Below are positions 1 through 8,351 of a stretch of DNA of 55,367 nt, piece after piece; the stretch's first letter is position 1, and every line of letters starts with the position of its first letter. Source of the stretch: a virus; IMG/VR virus record IMGVR_UViG_3300020169_000001. One strand, written 5' to 3'. The notes under the pieces were generated by a model. That model saw only the letters and a program-made list of their open reading frames with translations, was not told where the DNA came from and made no database searches. Position numbers and translations under genes: made by a program.

Positions 1-118
1 GGACTAGCCACAGTATTAGGCGGTCCTATTGTAGCTGGCTTTATGGCTGTTGCTAAGCGTCATCAAAACAAAAAGATGATTGAGGGTGCTACTGCTAGAC
101 TAGAAGACCCTAACGTAA
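1..118. repeat. End overlap: exact copy of 55250-55367 (circular-contig overlap or terminal redundancy)
   Basis: Direct comparison of the first and last bases of the window. The repeat lies inside a reading frame that continues through the junction. Confidence 0.95.
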
Positions 119-627
119 AAGGTGCAGAACGTGAAAAGTGGACATCTATTCATAACCGCTTAAGTGGTCTTGATGAAGACGGAAAAGCACGTAATAGCTT
201 CACTGAGGGATTAGCAAATCTACTAACACCAGATGACGGTATGGAGTATGTAAACGGTGTACTCGTTGATACTAAAACAGGTAAGGTTCTTAAGCCAGGT
301 ATTGCAAATAGCAAAGGTAATGACGTAGTTGCTCCTACACCTACACCACAAAGTGGCAGTAATGACAATGACTCCCATACTTCTATGATGAAATCTGCAA
401 TGGGTGCAGCAAATGCGGCAAATCAGGCAATTACATCCCAAGATATGTCAGGTAAAAGTGCACAATACAAAACAGCTGCTGCTAAAAAGGCCACAAGTGG
501 TATAACAACAGGTACAACTACTTCTACTGCACAAGATGATACAACAGGAGGCGGTGCTTCTTTAGACACTTCCTATGGTATATCAGGACTAAATAAAGGC
601 GGCTTGATGAAGCGTAAGAAGAAATAA
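1..627 (+). CDS. 3' part of the ~854-aa virion-associated protein gene that starts at 53312 and crosses the junction
   Basis: The frame of ORF 43..627 is open from base 1 (GLATVLGGPIVAGFMAVAKRH...). This is the same peptide as the last codons of the window. The tail is T/G/S-rich and ends KGGLMKRKKK. Confidence 0.8.
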   Translation, partial: GLATVLGGPIVAGFMAVAKRHQNKKMIEGATARLEDPNVKGAEREKWTSIHNRLSGLDEDGKARNSFTEGLANLLTPDDGMEYVNGVLVDTKTGKVLKPGIANSKGNDVVAPTPTPQSGSNDNDSHTSMMKSAMGAANAANQAITSQDMSGKSAQYKTAAAKKATSGITTGTTTSTAQDDTTGGGASLDTSYGISGLNKGGLMKRKKK

Positions 628-692
628 TAACTAAACCTAAATAACTATAAGGCTACCCAGCAATAATGCTGGCCCCAACATAAGGAAAGAAA

Positions 693-1619
693 ATGTCAGA
701 AGCAATTCAGACGGACTCAGCGTCTCATAATCGTAACATATCTCGTGTACAACGTGATGAAGAGGAACTAAAAGCTCTGTTTAAACAAGCAGGGATTCAG
801 ACAGATGAAACAGAAGAAGAAACTGCTGAAGAGGAATCCCGTAGCGAAGAGCCTGTCGAGCGCACAGTTCAGGCAGAGAGTGTTACCGAACAAGAAGAAG
901 AACCACAAGCTGAAGCACAAGATGAAGATCTGAGTGCAGAAGAGAAGAACTTCAAGAAGCGTTACGGTGATCTACGGCGACACACTCAAGAGAAAGAGAA
1001 AGAGTTTCAATCACAGCTTGATAAGCTTAAGTCACAACTAGATGCAGCTACAAAGAATGAACTTGTACTACCTAAGTCAGAAGACGAAGTAGAAGCATGG
1101 GCTAAGAAGTACCCAGATGTTGCAGGTATCGTAGAGGCTATTGCTGATAAGAAAGCTAATGAACGCTCTGCTGATTTAGATGGGCGCTTGAAAGAGATTG
1201 AAGCATTACGTGCGTCTGCTAAACGAGATAAGGCTGAAGCTGAGTTACTCTCTATGCACCCTGACTTTCAAGAGATTCGTGCTGATGATGCGTTTCATAC
1301 ATGGGCAGAGAAGCAGCCTAAGGTTGTACAGGATGCACTATACGAGAACAGTGAAGACGCTAAGTCTGTAGCACGTGTTATTGATCTCTATAAGTCAGAT
1401 AAAGGTATCAAGACTAAGAGTAGCTCTAGCTCAGACAAAGCGGCTGCATCCTCAGTTAAAGCTAAAGGTCGTACTGCATTGGATGCAGATGACTCCTCAA
1501 GGTATCTCAGTGAATCACAAGTAGCTAAGATGAGCCTTAAAGAATACGAGAAGCGCAATGATGAGATCTTTGAAGCTCAGCGCTCTGGTAAATTTATTTA
1601 TGATATGTCTAAGAAATAA
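693..1619 (+). CDS. putative scaffolding protein
   Basis: 308 aa, very acidic and E/K-rich with coiled-coil character, directly upstream of the capsid gene. The call rests on position and composition only. Confidence 0.55.
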   Translation: MSEAIQTDSASHNRNISRVQRDEEELKALFKQAGIQTDETEEETAEEESRSEEPVERTVQAESVTEQEEEPQAEAQDEDLSAEEKNFKKRYGDLRRHTQEKEKEFQSQLDKLKSQLDAATKNELVLPKSEDEVEAWAKKYPDVAGIVEAIADKKANERSADLDGRLKEIEALRASAKRDKAEAELLSMHPDFQEIRADDAFHTWAEKQPKVVQDALYENSEDAKSVARVIDLYKSDKGIKTKSSSSSDKAAASSVKAKGRTALDADDSSRYLSESQVAKMSLKEYEKRNDEIFEAQRSGKFIYDMSKK

Positions 1620-1620
1620 C

Positions 1621-1648
1621 TTGACACTTATTCAATCATGGATAAAAC
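1621..1648 (+). promoter_or_regulatory. sigma70-like promoter (TTGACA-N16-TAAAAC) upstream of the capsid gene
   Basis: TTGACA at 1621-1626 and TAAAAC at 1643-1648. The extended element TTGACA-N15-ATAAAACTATA recurs at 44961-44992. Confidence 0.55.
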
Positions 1649-1653
1649 TATAG

Positions 1654-1694
1654 GCATGTACAGTGTCAGGCATAAACTGCCTGTACATGCTTTT
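1654..1694 (+). terminator. stem-loop plus T-tract between scaffold and capsid genes (terminator/attenuator or mRNA 5' stabilising/processing hairpin)
   Basis: GCATGTACAG (1654-1663) pairs perfectly with CTGTACATGC (1681-1690) and is followed by TTTT. Confidence 0.55.
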
Positions 1695-1855
1695 AACTAA
1701 GCACTAAAGCCACATCAAAGAACTACCTCAGATTATAGGCCCAGCGCTCAACGGACGGCCATCCTTAGAGCATAGCTGACTACCCTACCAAGACGAGCCT
1801 CTTTAGTGGATATGTAGTGTATATCTCTCACGCCATATCTATAAGGAGAATTATT

Positions 1856-2914
1856 ATGGCTATCGGAACCGCTGGTGGTGGATTTAACGGGAACTTCTCC
1901 CCGATTATCTACTCCAAACAGGCACAAATCGCTCTGCGTAAAAGTGCTGTAACTAACGCAATCACCAACAACTCTTACTTTGGTGAGATTGCAAACCAAG
2001 GCGACACAGTTCGCATCCAAAAAGAGCCAGACGTAACCGTCAACGCTCTGCAGCGTCACACAGGTATCTCCGTAGAGAAGCTTGATGACACAGACTTCTC
2101 TTTGACTATTGATAAAGCTAACTACTTTGCTTTCAAAATGGATGACATTGAAGAGCAGTTCTCTCACGTAGACTTCACCTCATTGGCAGCCAACCGTGCA
2201 GCCTACAAAATGGCAGACGCCATGGATGAAGAATGCTTGGGTTACTTGTCTGGTTACGCTGGTGGTGCAGGCTCTTGGGCCGTCAACACAACAGCTTCTG
2301 GCGATAAAGCCAATACTGGTGCTGGTACTGACGAACTGTTGGCAGACAACAAACTGGACGCAACTGACTTCGGTAACTTGACCATCTCTGGTTCAGCTAC
2401 TGCAGGTGACTCCATCCCACTCGCTCCACGCCTCCCAGGTGCAACAGCATTGTCTGCGACAACTGTTTCTCCTTTGACTGTGGTTGCACGTATGGCTCGT
2501 AAGCTTGACGTACAAAACGTTGACGCACGTGGTCGCTGGATGGTTGTCGATCCAATCTTTGTTGAGATGCTGAAAGACGAAGACTCTCGTGTACTGAACG
2601 CAGACTTCGGTGGCTCAGGCTTGATGAACGGTTTGGTTCTCAACAACCTGCACGGCTTCCGTATCTACGTATCCAACAACCTGCCTTACTTGGGTACAGG
2701 TGCTGGTACTAACGGTACAACTGCACAGTCTACTAACTACGGTGTAGTTGTTGCTGGTCAGGACGAGGCTGTTGCTTCTGCTGAGCAAATCAACAAAGTA
2801 GAGAACTACCGTGACCCAGACAGCTTTGCTGACATCGTTCGTGGTATGCACCTCTATGGTCGCAAGATCCTGCGTCCAGAGGCTCTTATTGTTGCTAACT
2901 ACAACGCTGCCTAA
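1856..2914 (+). CDS. major capsid protein (putative)
   Basis: 352 aa from ATG 1856, preceded by AAGGAGA. It has its own promoter-like element and a downstream hairpin, and follows the scaffold-like gene. The size fits T7-group capsid proteins, but there is no motif-level proof. Confidence 0.7.
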   Translation: MAIGTAGGGFNGNFSPIIYSKQAQIALRKSAVTNAITNNSYFGEIANQGDTVRIQKEPDVTVNALQRHTGISVEKLDDTDFSLTIDKANYFAFKMDDIEEQFSHVDFTSLAANRAAYKMADAMDEECLGYLSGYAGGAGSWAVNTTASGDKANTGAGTDELLADNKLDATDFGNLTISGSATAGDSIPLAPRLPGATALSATTVSPLTVVARMARKLDVQNVDARGRWMVVDPIFVEMLKDEDSRVLNADFGGSGLMNGLVLNNLHGFRIYVSNNLPYLGTGAGTNGTTAQSTNYGVVVAGQDEAVASAEQINKVENYRDPDSFADIVRGMHLYGRKILRPEALIVANYNAA

Positions 2915-2927
2915 TAGGCATAACATT

Positions 2928-2953
2928 GGGGCTGGCTACATGTTGGCCCCTTT
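2928..2953 (+). terminator. hairpin plus T-rich tract after the capsid gene
   Basis: GGGGC...GCCCC stem, extendable with G-T pairs, loop TACAT, followed by TTTGTG. Confidence 0.5.
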
Positions 2954-2977
2954 GTGCTTACCATAAAGGTTCTAATA

Positions 2978-3415
2978 ATGTCAATCACTACAGCAGTATG
3001 TAACAGCTTTAAGCAGGAACTGCTTGGTGGTACACATGACTTAGATACCGACACAATAAAGGTTGCACTGATTAAAGTATCGCCAAGTGGTACTTATAAT
3101 TCAAGTACAACAAACTACGCAGACGTTACAAATAATTCAGATGAAGCTTTAGGTGTAGGTTATACTGCTGGTGGTAACACACTAACAGGTGCAGCTATTG
3201 CTTTAGACAGTTTTACTGCTACAGTCGATTATGACAATACCACATGGTCATCTGTAACTGTTTCTGCTGATGGGTGTATCATTTATAACTCATCTAAGTC
3301 CAACAGAGCTATTGCTGTAGTTTCTTTTGGTTCAACTAAGAAGTCTATCAATGGGGATTTTACAGTTCAATTTCCCACAGCAGACGCATCTAACGCCATA
3401 ATACGTATTGCATAA
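2978..3415 (+). CDS. small beta-rich virion protein (paralogue A)
   Basis: 145 aa from ATG 2978. Similar length and layout to the next ORF, and S/T/N-rich. Confidence 0.45.
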   Translation: MSITTAVCNSFKQELLGGTHDLDTDTIKVALIKVSPSGTYNSSTTNYADVTNNSDEALGVGYTAGGNTLTGAAIALDSFTATVDYDNTTWSSVTVSADGCIIYNSSKSNRAIAVVSFGSTKKSINGDFTVQFPTADASNAIIRIA

Positions 3416-3426
3416 GGAGTAAACAA

Positions 3427-3864
3427 ATGGCATCTTTTAATAAGGTTAATGACTTCGTTAAAAACGCAGTCCACAATATGGACTTGGAATCAGACCAGTT
3501 CGTAGTTGCACTATCAAACACAGCACCAGCATCTGAATCTTCAAATCCAGAATCAGATGGTAATGGTATTATTGGTAATGTAACAGAGATAGCATATACA
3601 AATATATCTTCTCGTAACATCACAACTACTTCATCTGCACAGTCAAGTGGTACATATAAGCTGGTTCTTTCTGACATCACACTGACATCTACAGGTGGTT
3701 CAACTGGACCATTCCGTTACATCTATATCTATGATGATACAGTAACAACACCTGCTGATCCTATTGTTGGTTACTATGACTATGGTTCATCCTTAACTCT
3801 GAACGATGGTGATAGCTTTACTGTAGACTTTAATGCTGCTAACGGTGTAATTCAACTTACGTAA
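3427..3864 (+). CDS. small beta-rich virion protein (paralogue B)
   Basis: 145 aa. The N-terminal F.K....H.......D.F.VAL pattern resembles ORF 2978 (F.QELLGGTHDLDTDTIKVAL). Confidence 0.45.
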   Translation: MASFNKVNDFVKNAVHNMDLESDQFVVALSNTAPASESSNPESDGNGIIGNVTEIAYTNISSRNITTTSSAQSSGTYKLVLSDITLTSTGGSTGPFRYIYIYDDTVTTPADPIVGYYDYGSSLTLNDGDSFTVDFNAANGVIQLT

Positions 3865-3876
3865 GGTTAAAGATCA

Positions 3877-4251
3877 ATGGTCACTCTTGTAAATAGAGCA
3901 AAGATGTCCACTAGTTCGACAGGTACAGGGACAATAACTTTGGGTAGTGCTGAAAGCGGCTACCAGAGCTTTGCTGATGCAGGGGTGGCTGATGGTGACA
4001 CAGTAAGATATACTATAGAAGATGGCACAGCATTTGAGATAGGCTCTGGCGTATATACTGCGACAGGTACTACTCTTAGCAGAACTGTATCTGAGAGTTC
4101 TAACTCAGACTTAGCCATTACTTTGTCTGGTTCCGCAACTGTATTTGTTACAGCTACTGCAAGAGACATTAATATATACGATGTAGATGGTGGAAATGCT
4201 TCATCTGTTTATGATGCAAGTCTACAAGCTCTTGATGGGGGTTCTGCCTAA
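3877..4251 (+). CDS. fibre/virion-associated protein, N-terminal anchor-like
   Basis: TGTGTITLGSAESGYQSFADAGVADGDTVRYTIEDGTAFEIGSGVY is a motif I recall from fibre-like proteins of alphaproteobacterial phages and prophages. An alternative start is ATG 3904. Confidence 0.4.
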   Translation: MVTLVNRAKMSTSSTGTGTITLGSAESGYQSFADAGVADGDTVRYTIEDGTAFEIGSGVYTATGTTLSRTVSESSNSDLAITLSGSATVFVTATARDINIYDVDGGNASSVYDASLQALDGGSA

Positions 4252-5579
4252 TGGCAAATAAGATACAAATACGTAGAGATGTTGCTGCTAACTGGACTAG
4301 CAGTAACCCTACTTTGTCACAAGGTGAGCAAGGCTACGAGACAGACACAGGCAAGATAAAGATCGGTGATGGCTCTACAGCTTGGACTAGCTTGGCATAT
4401 AACACTAGCTACTCTGATTCTGACGTAGATACCCACCTTAACACAAGCACAGCCACCACTGGTGAGGTCTTGTCATGGACTGGTACGGACTACGATTGGA
4501 TTGCTGCTGGTGGCGGTGGTGCAGCACTTGAGCTATACGCTGAAAACCCATCTACACCTACTGCACCTAGTGCTACAGGTAGTAATGCTGTGGCTATAGG
4601 GTCACAGTCACAAGCTTCTGGTTCATATGGGCTTGCTTTGGGAAGGTCATCAAATTCGTCAGGACAAGGCGGTGTTGCAATTGGTTATGCAATAGCTTCT
4701 GGATCAAGGTCGGTTTCTATCAATAATGCGGCTGGTTCTTATAGTACAGTAGCATCTGCATCAAACTCTACTGCAATAGGAGGTAATTCAAGCGCTGTCC
4801 AAGGCTCTCAAGCGGTTACAGGTGCTGGTGCTATGGCTCTCGGTGGCTCTTACGCCTCAGGCACAGACTCCTTCGCAGCAGCTATAACAAACAACACCTC
4901 AAGCTATGGCGCTACTGGTCCTAACTCGGTGGCGATGGGAAAACTGGCAAAGGCAACAGGAATCTCAGCCCATGCCTTTGGTGCGTCAAACACAGGTAAT
5001 ATTGCAAGCGGACATAACTCTTTTGCTTCTGGTGTAGGGGCAACAGCATCATCCAATAGTACAATCGCAATGGGTTCAAGCGTTACGGCTGATGGTTATC
5101 ATTCAATAGCAAAAGGTGCATATGGTGACGTTAATGGCGTCCAATATCGTGAAGTATTTGGGTTTGGGACAGACTATCAAAGGAGTATCTTTGTTCTGCA
5201 AGATACTACCTCAGATGCTACTGCAACAATATTAAGCACAGACGGTGACGCTTCTGCAATTAACACCACAAAACAGATCGTCCTCCCCAACAACTCAGCC
5301 TACGCCTTCCACGGCACCATCGTAGCCCGTCAGCAAGCCTCGGCAGGCACAGCAAGTGCAGCATGGAAGGTCGAGGGTTTGATCCGCAGGGAAGGCTCTG
5401 CTGGTACGACAGTGCTAGTCAACTCAGCAACAACTGTCCTAGACAACACCCCAAACTGGGGCATGGCACTATCCGCTGACACAACTAATGGTGGTCTTGC
5501 GATTACTGTAACTGGTGCAGCAGCAACCAACATCAGGTGGGTCGCTACGATACACACATCTGAAGTAACTTACGCCTAA
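4251..5579 (+). CDS. tail fibre/spike protein with adhesin-head-like repeats
   Basis: The N-terminus IQIRRDVAANWTSSNPTLSQGEQGYETDTGKIKIGDGSTAWTSL matches the conserved phage-fibre N-terminal motif (hyaluronidase / Mtd-N type). The middle has repeated SNAVAIGS / GLALGRS / GVAIGY units. Confidence 0.6.
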   Translation: MANKIQIRRDVAANWTSSNPTLSQGEQGYETDTGKIKIGDGSTAWTSLAYNTSYSDSDVDTHLNTSTATTGEVLSWTGTDYDWIAAGGGGAALELYAENPSTPTAPSATGSNAVAIGSQSQASGSYGLALGRSSNSSGQGGVAIGYAIASGSRSVSINNAAGSYSTVASASNSTAIGGNSSAVQGSQAVTGAGAMALGGSYASGTDSFAAAITNNTSSYGATGPNSVAMGKLAKATGISAHAFGASNTGNIASGHNSFASGVGATASSNSTIAMGSSVTADGYHSIAKGAYGDVNGVQYREVFGFGTDYQRSIFVLQDTTSDATATILSTDGDASAINTTKQIVLPNNSAYAFHGTIVARQQASAGTASAAWKVEGLIRREGSAGTTVLVNSATTVLDNTPNWGMALSADTTNGGLAITVTGAAATNIRWVATIHTSEVTYA

Positions 5580-5593
5580 ACAGGAGAATCCAA

Positions 5594-5899
5594 ATGGCTA
5601 TTCAAAATAACATCGCAGAAGGTGTCTCCCAATATGGCATCGCTTTTAACAACGCTTACTACCGCATCGTGACAGCGGCAATCAGCCGTCAACGTGGAAC
5701 TGATCCAAAGTTCAGCGTGATGATTGACCTGTCAGCTTATGCTACAGCTACACCCGGTGACGACACTCGTGAGGTAGACTTCCGTCGTTACCACGCTGAC
5801 TTGGCTGACGTAGAAGCACAATCAGGTGCAACATTCTTGGATAAGTGCTATACTTGGGTAATGACACAAGCCGATATGGCAGGGAGCGTTGCAGTATAA
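5594..5899 (+). CDS. hypothetical protein (fibre module)
   Basis: 101-aa ORF with an RBS (AGGAGAA). Its stop overlaps the next start as TAATG. Confidence 0.5.
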   Translation: MAIQNNIAEGVSQYGIAFNNAYYRIVTAAISRQRGTDPKFSVMIDLSAYATATPGDDTREVDFRRYHADLADVEAQSGATFLDKCYTWVMTQADMAGSVAV

Positions 5900-7815
5900 T
5901 GGGCATTGTCATCGACTACACAAATGGCTTCTTTAAGGCAGCACCTTCTGGTGAAACAGTTGGTGACATCTCTACTGGCACTCTCGACTTGTCCTCTGGC
6001 AACGTGTTCAGCTACACGCCTACGGCTGATACTACTTTTGTGTTCAACAACCCACCTGCGTCGGGAACTGCTCAAGGCTTTACGCTGAAGGTCACTGGGG
6101 TTTCTATTGATAACGCTTGGGACTTGGCTAATGCCCAACCGCCTGCTTATGGTAAATTTAGTGTTGCTGCTCAAGATACAAATCCACAAGACTTTTTCTT
6201 TAAACCTGACGGACTGAAGATGTATGTTCTTGGCGGTAGTGGAGACGATGTAAACGAATATGACCTAAGCACTGCTTGGGATATCTCTACAGCTACATTC
6301 CTTCAGAACTTTAGTATTAATGCTCAAGAGATAAACCCACAAGGTGTGTTCTTCGGTGACAACGGCACCAAGATGTATGTTACTGGGCAAGCAGGTGGCG
6401 ATGTAAACGAATACACTTTAAGCACTGCTTGGGATATATCTACAGCATCCTATATTCAGAACTTTAGTGTTGCTACTCAAGAGCCAAATCCAGCGGGTTT
6501 ATTCTTTAAACCTGACGGCACCAAGATGTACACTATTGGAGTCTATGGCCTTAACGAATACACTTTAAGCACTGCTTGGGATATCTCTACAGCATCCTAT
6601 ATTCAGAACTTTAGTGTTGCTGCTCAAGAGACAACCCCACAAGGCGTGTTCTTCAAACCTGACGGTACCAAGATGTATGTTATTGGTCAAAGTGGTGACG
6701 ATGTAAACGAATACACTTTAAGCACAGCTTGGGATATCTCTACAGCATCCTATATTCAGAACTTTAGTATTAATGCTCAAGATAAAGACCCAGCGGGTTT
6801 ATTCTTTAAACCTGACGGACTGAAGATGTATGTTCTTGGCAGTGAAGGGGACGATGTAAACGCATACACTTTAAGCACAGCTTGGGACGTTAGCACTGCC
6901 AGCTTTGACCTGCCCACCGAAGGGTACTTTAGTGTTGCTGCTCAAGAGACAGGTCCACAAGGCGTGTTCTTCAAGCCTGGCGGCACTAAGATGTATGTTA
7001 TTGGTTTTACTGGAGATGCCGTTAACGAGTACGATTTAAGCACAGCTTGGGATATCTCTACAGCTACATTCCTTCAGAACTTTAGTGTTTCTTCTCAAGA
7101 TGGAACCCCAACAGGTGTGTTCTTCAAGCCTGATGGCCTAAAGATGTATGTTATTGGAAATTCTGGAGATGATGTAAACGAATACACTTTAAGCACAGCT
7201 TGGGATATCACTACAGCTTCATACCTTCAAAACTTTAGTGTTGCTACTCAAGAGACAAATCCAACAGGTTTATCCTTCAAGCCTGACGGCACTAAGATGT
7301 ATGTTATTGGGCTTGCTGGAGATGACGTTAACGAGTACGATTTAAGCACCGCTTGGGATGTTTCTACAGCTTCATACCTTCAGAACTTTAGTATTGCTAC
7401 TCAAGAGGGTCTTCCCCAAGACCTTTTCTTCAAGTCTGACGGCCTAAAGATGTATGTTATTGGAAATTCTGGAGATGATGTAAACGAGTACGATTTAAGC
7501 ACAGCTTGGGATGTTTCTACAGCTACATTCCTTCAGAACTTTAGTGTTGCTACTGAAGTAATAGACCCAACAAGTGTGTTCTTCGGTGACAACGGCACCA
7601 AGATGTATATTACTAATCAAAGTGGTGCCGCCGTATGGCAGTACTCCACAGGCACCTTTGATCCCGCCACCTTCACCTACCCCGCTTCGGTAGCATGGCC
7701 CGCTGCTACAGCCCCAGATGCTCCTGCTGATGGTGAGGTGGATACCCTAGAGTTTCTCACCATTGACGGTGGTGTCACCTATTACGGTCGCCTCACTGGC
7801 AACGCCTATAGTTAA
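5899..7815 (+). CDS. beta-propeller-like repeat protein, probable receptor-binding fibre/spike
   Basis: 638 aa from ATG 5899. It has about 10 tandem ~43-aa units: (Y/F)..NFSV..QE..P.GVFFKPDGTKMYV.G..GDDVNEY.LSTAWD.STA. A fibre-assembly chaperone gene follows it. Confidence 0.6.
   Translation: MGIVIDYTNGFFKAAPSGETVGDISTGTLDLSSGNVFSYTPTADTTFVFNNPPASGTAQGFTLKVTGVSIDNAWDLANAQPPAYGKFSVAAQDTNPQDFFFKPDGLKMYVLGGSGDDVNEYDLSTAWDISTATFLQNFSINAQEINPQGVFFGDNGTKMYVTGQAGGDVNEYTLSTAWDISTASYIQNFSVATQEPNPAGLFFKPDGTKMYTIGVYGLNEYTLSTAWDISTASYIQNFSVAAQETTPQGVFFKPDGTKMYVIGQSGDDVNEYTLSTAWDISTASYIQNFSINAQDKDPAGLFFKPDGLKMYVLGSEGDDVNAYTLSTAWDVSTASFDLPTEGYFSVAAQETGPQGVFFKPGGTKMYVIGFTGDAVNEYDLSTAWDISTATFLQNFSVSSQDGTPTGVFFKPDGLKMYVIGNSGDDVNEYTLSTAWDITTASYLQNFSVATQETNPTGLSFKPDGTKMYVIGLAGDDVNEYDLSTAWDVSTASYLQNFSIATQEGLPQDLFFKSDGLKMYVIGNSGDDVNEYDLSTAWDVSTATFLQNFSVATEVIDPTSVFFGDNGTKMYITNQSGAAVWQYSTGTFDPATFTYPASVAWPAATAPDAPADGEVDTLEFLTIDGGVTYYGRLTGNAYS
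6130..7620 (+). repeat. intragenic tandem repeat (~129-bp units, several copies near-identical at the nucleotide level)
   Basis: Blocks such as GAATACACTTTAAGCAC(T/A)GCTTGGGATATCTCTACAGCATCCTATATTCAGAACTTTAGT recur at about 6410, 6556 and 6708. Boundaries are approximate. Confidence 0.8.
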
Positions 7816-7826
7816 GGACACTCTAA

Positions 7827-8342
7827 ATGCACGTTAAACTTACAAACGGCCAGCCCGATCAATTCCCTTACAGTGTTGGGCAATTCCGCCGTGACAATCC
7901 GCAGACCTCTTTCCCAAAGGTCATCCCTGACACGATCCTTCGTCGCCACGGGGTGTTCCCTGTAGAGGAACTTGGCAAGCCTGCATACGATTCACTGGTG
8001 CAGACGCTCAATCGTGATGCCATGCCTAACAAAGAAGTCATCCGCCTCAAGACAGAGGAAGATGCAACCGATCCTACCACAGGTGAGGTTGACCAAGCCC
8101 AAGTCGGAAAGCCTATCTATGGCAACAAGTGGCTTGTAGGCTACACGGTCGAGAACAAGCCGCAGGATCAGGCTGAGAGTGCTATCCGCAATAAGCGGGA
8201 CCAATTGTTAGCTGAAACAGATTGGATGGCATTGTCTGACGTGACTATGTCAACAGAAATGCAATCGTATCGACAGGCACTTCGTGATATAACAAGTCAA
8301 GCTGGCTTTCCATACAGCGTAACGTGGCCCACTAAACCGTAG
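7827..8342 (+). CDS. tail fibre assembly protein / chaperone
   Basis: The C-terminal signature RNKRDQLLAETDWMALSDV...YRQALRDITSQAGFPYSVTWPTKP is typical of the Caudovirales tail-fibre-assembly family. Confidence 0.65.
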   Translation: MHVKLTNGQPDQFPYSVGQFRRDNPQTSFPKVIPDTILRRHGVFPVEELGKPAYDSLVQTLNRDAMPNKEVIRLKTEEDATDPTTGEVDQAQVGKPIYGNKWLVGYTVENKPQDQAESAIRNKRDQLLAETDWMALSDVTMSTEMQSYRQALRDITSQAGFPYSVTWPTKP

Positions 8343-8351
8343 GAGTAACCG

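Noticed and set aside
1-118. The 118-bp repeat as genuine T7-like direct terminal repeats
   Set aside because: The repeat lies in the middle of a continuous 854-codon reading frame. An assembly overlap of a circular or permuted genome is the simpler explanation, but read-termini analysis is needed.
1748-2926. Minus-strand ORFs of 103-139 aa (1748..2167, 2254..2646, 2615..2926) inside the capsid gene region
   Set aside because: They lie antisense to a strongly supported plus-strand gene with RBS, promoter and terminator. Their products are low-complexity and there are no start signals. They are shadow ORFs.
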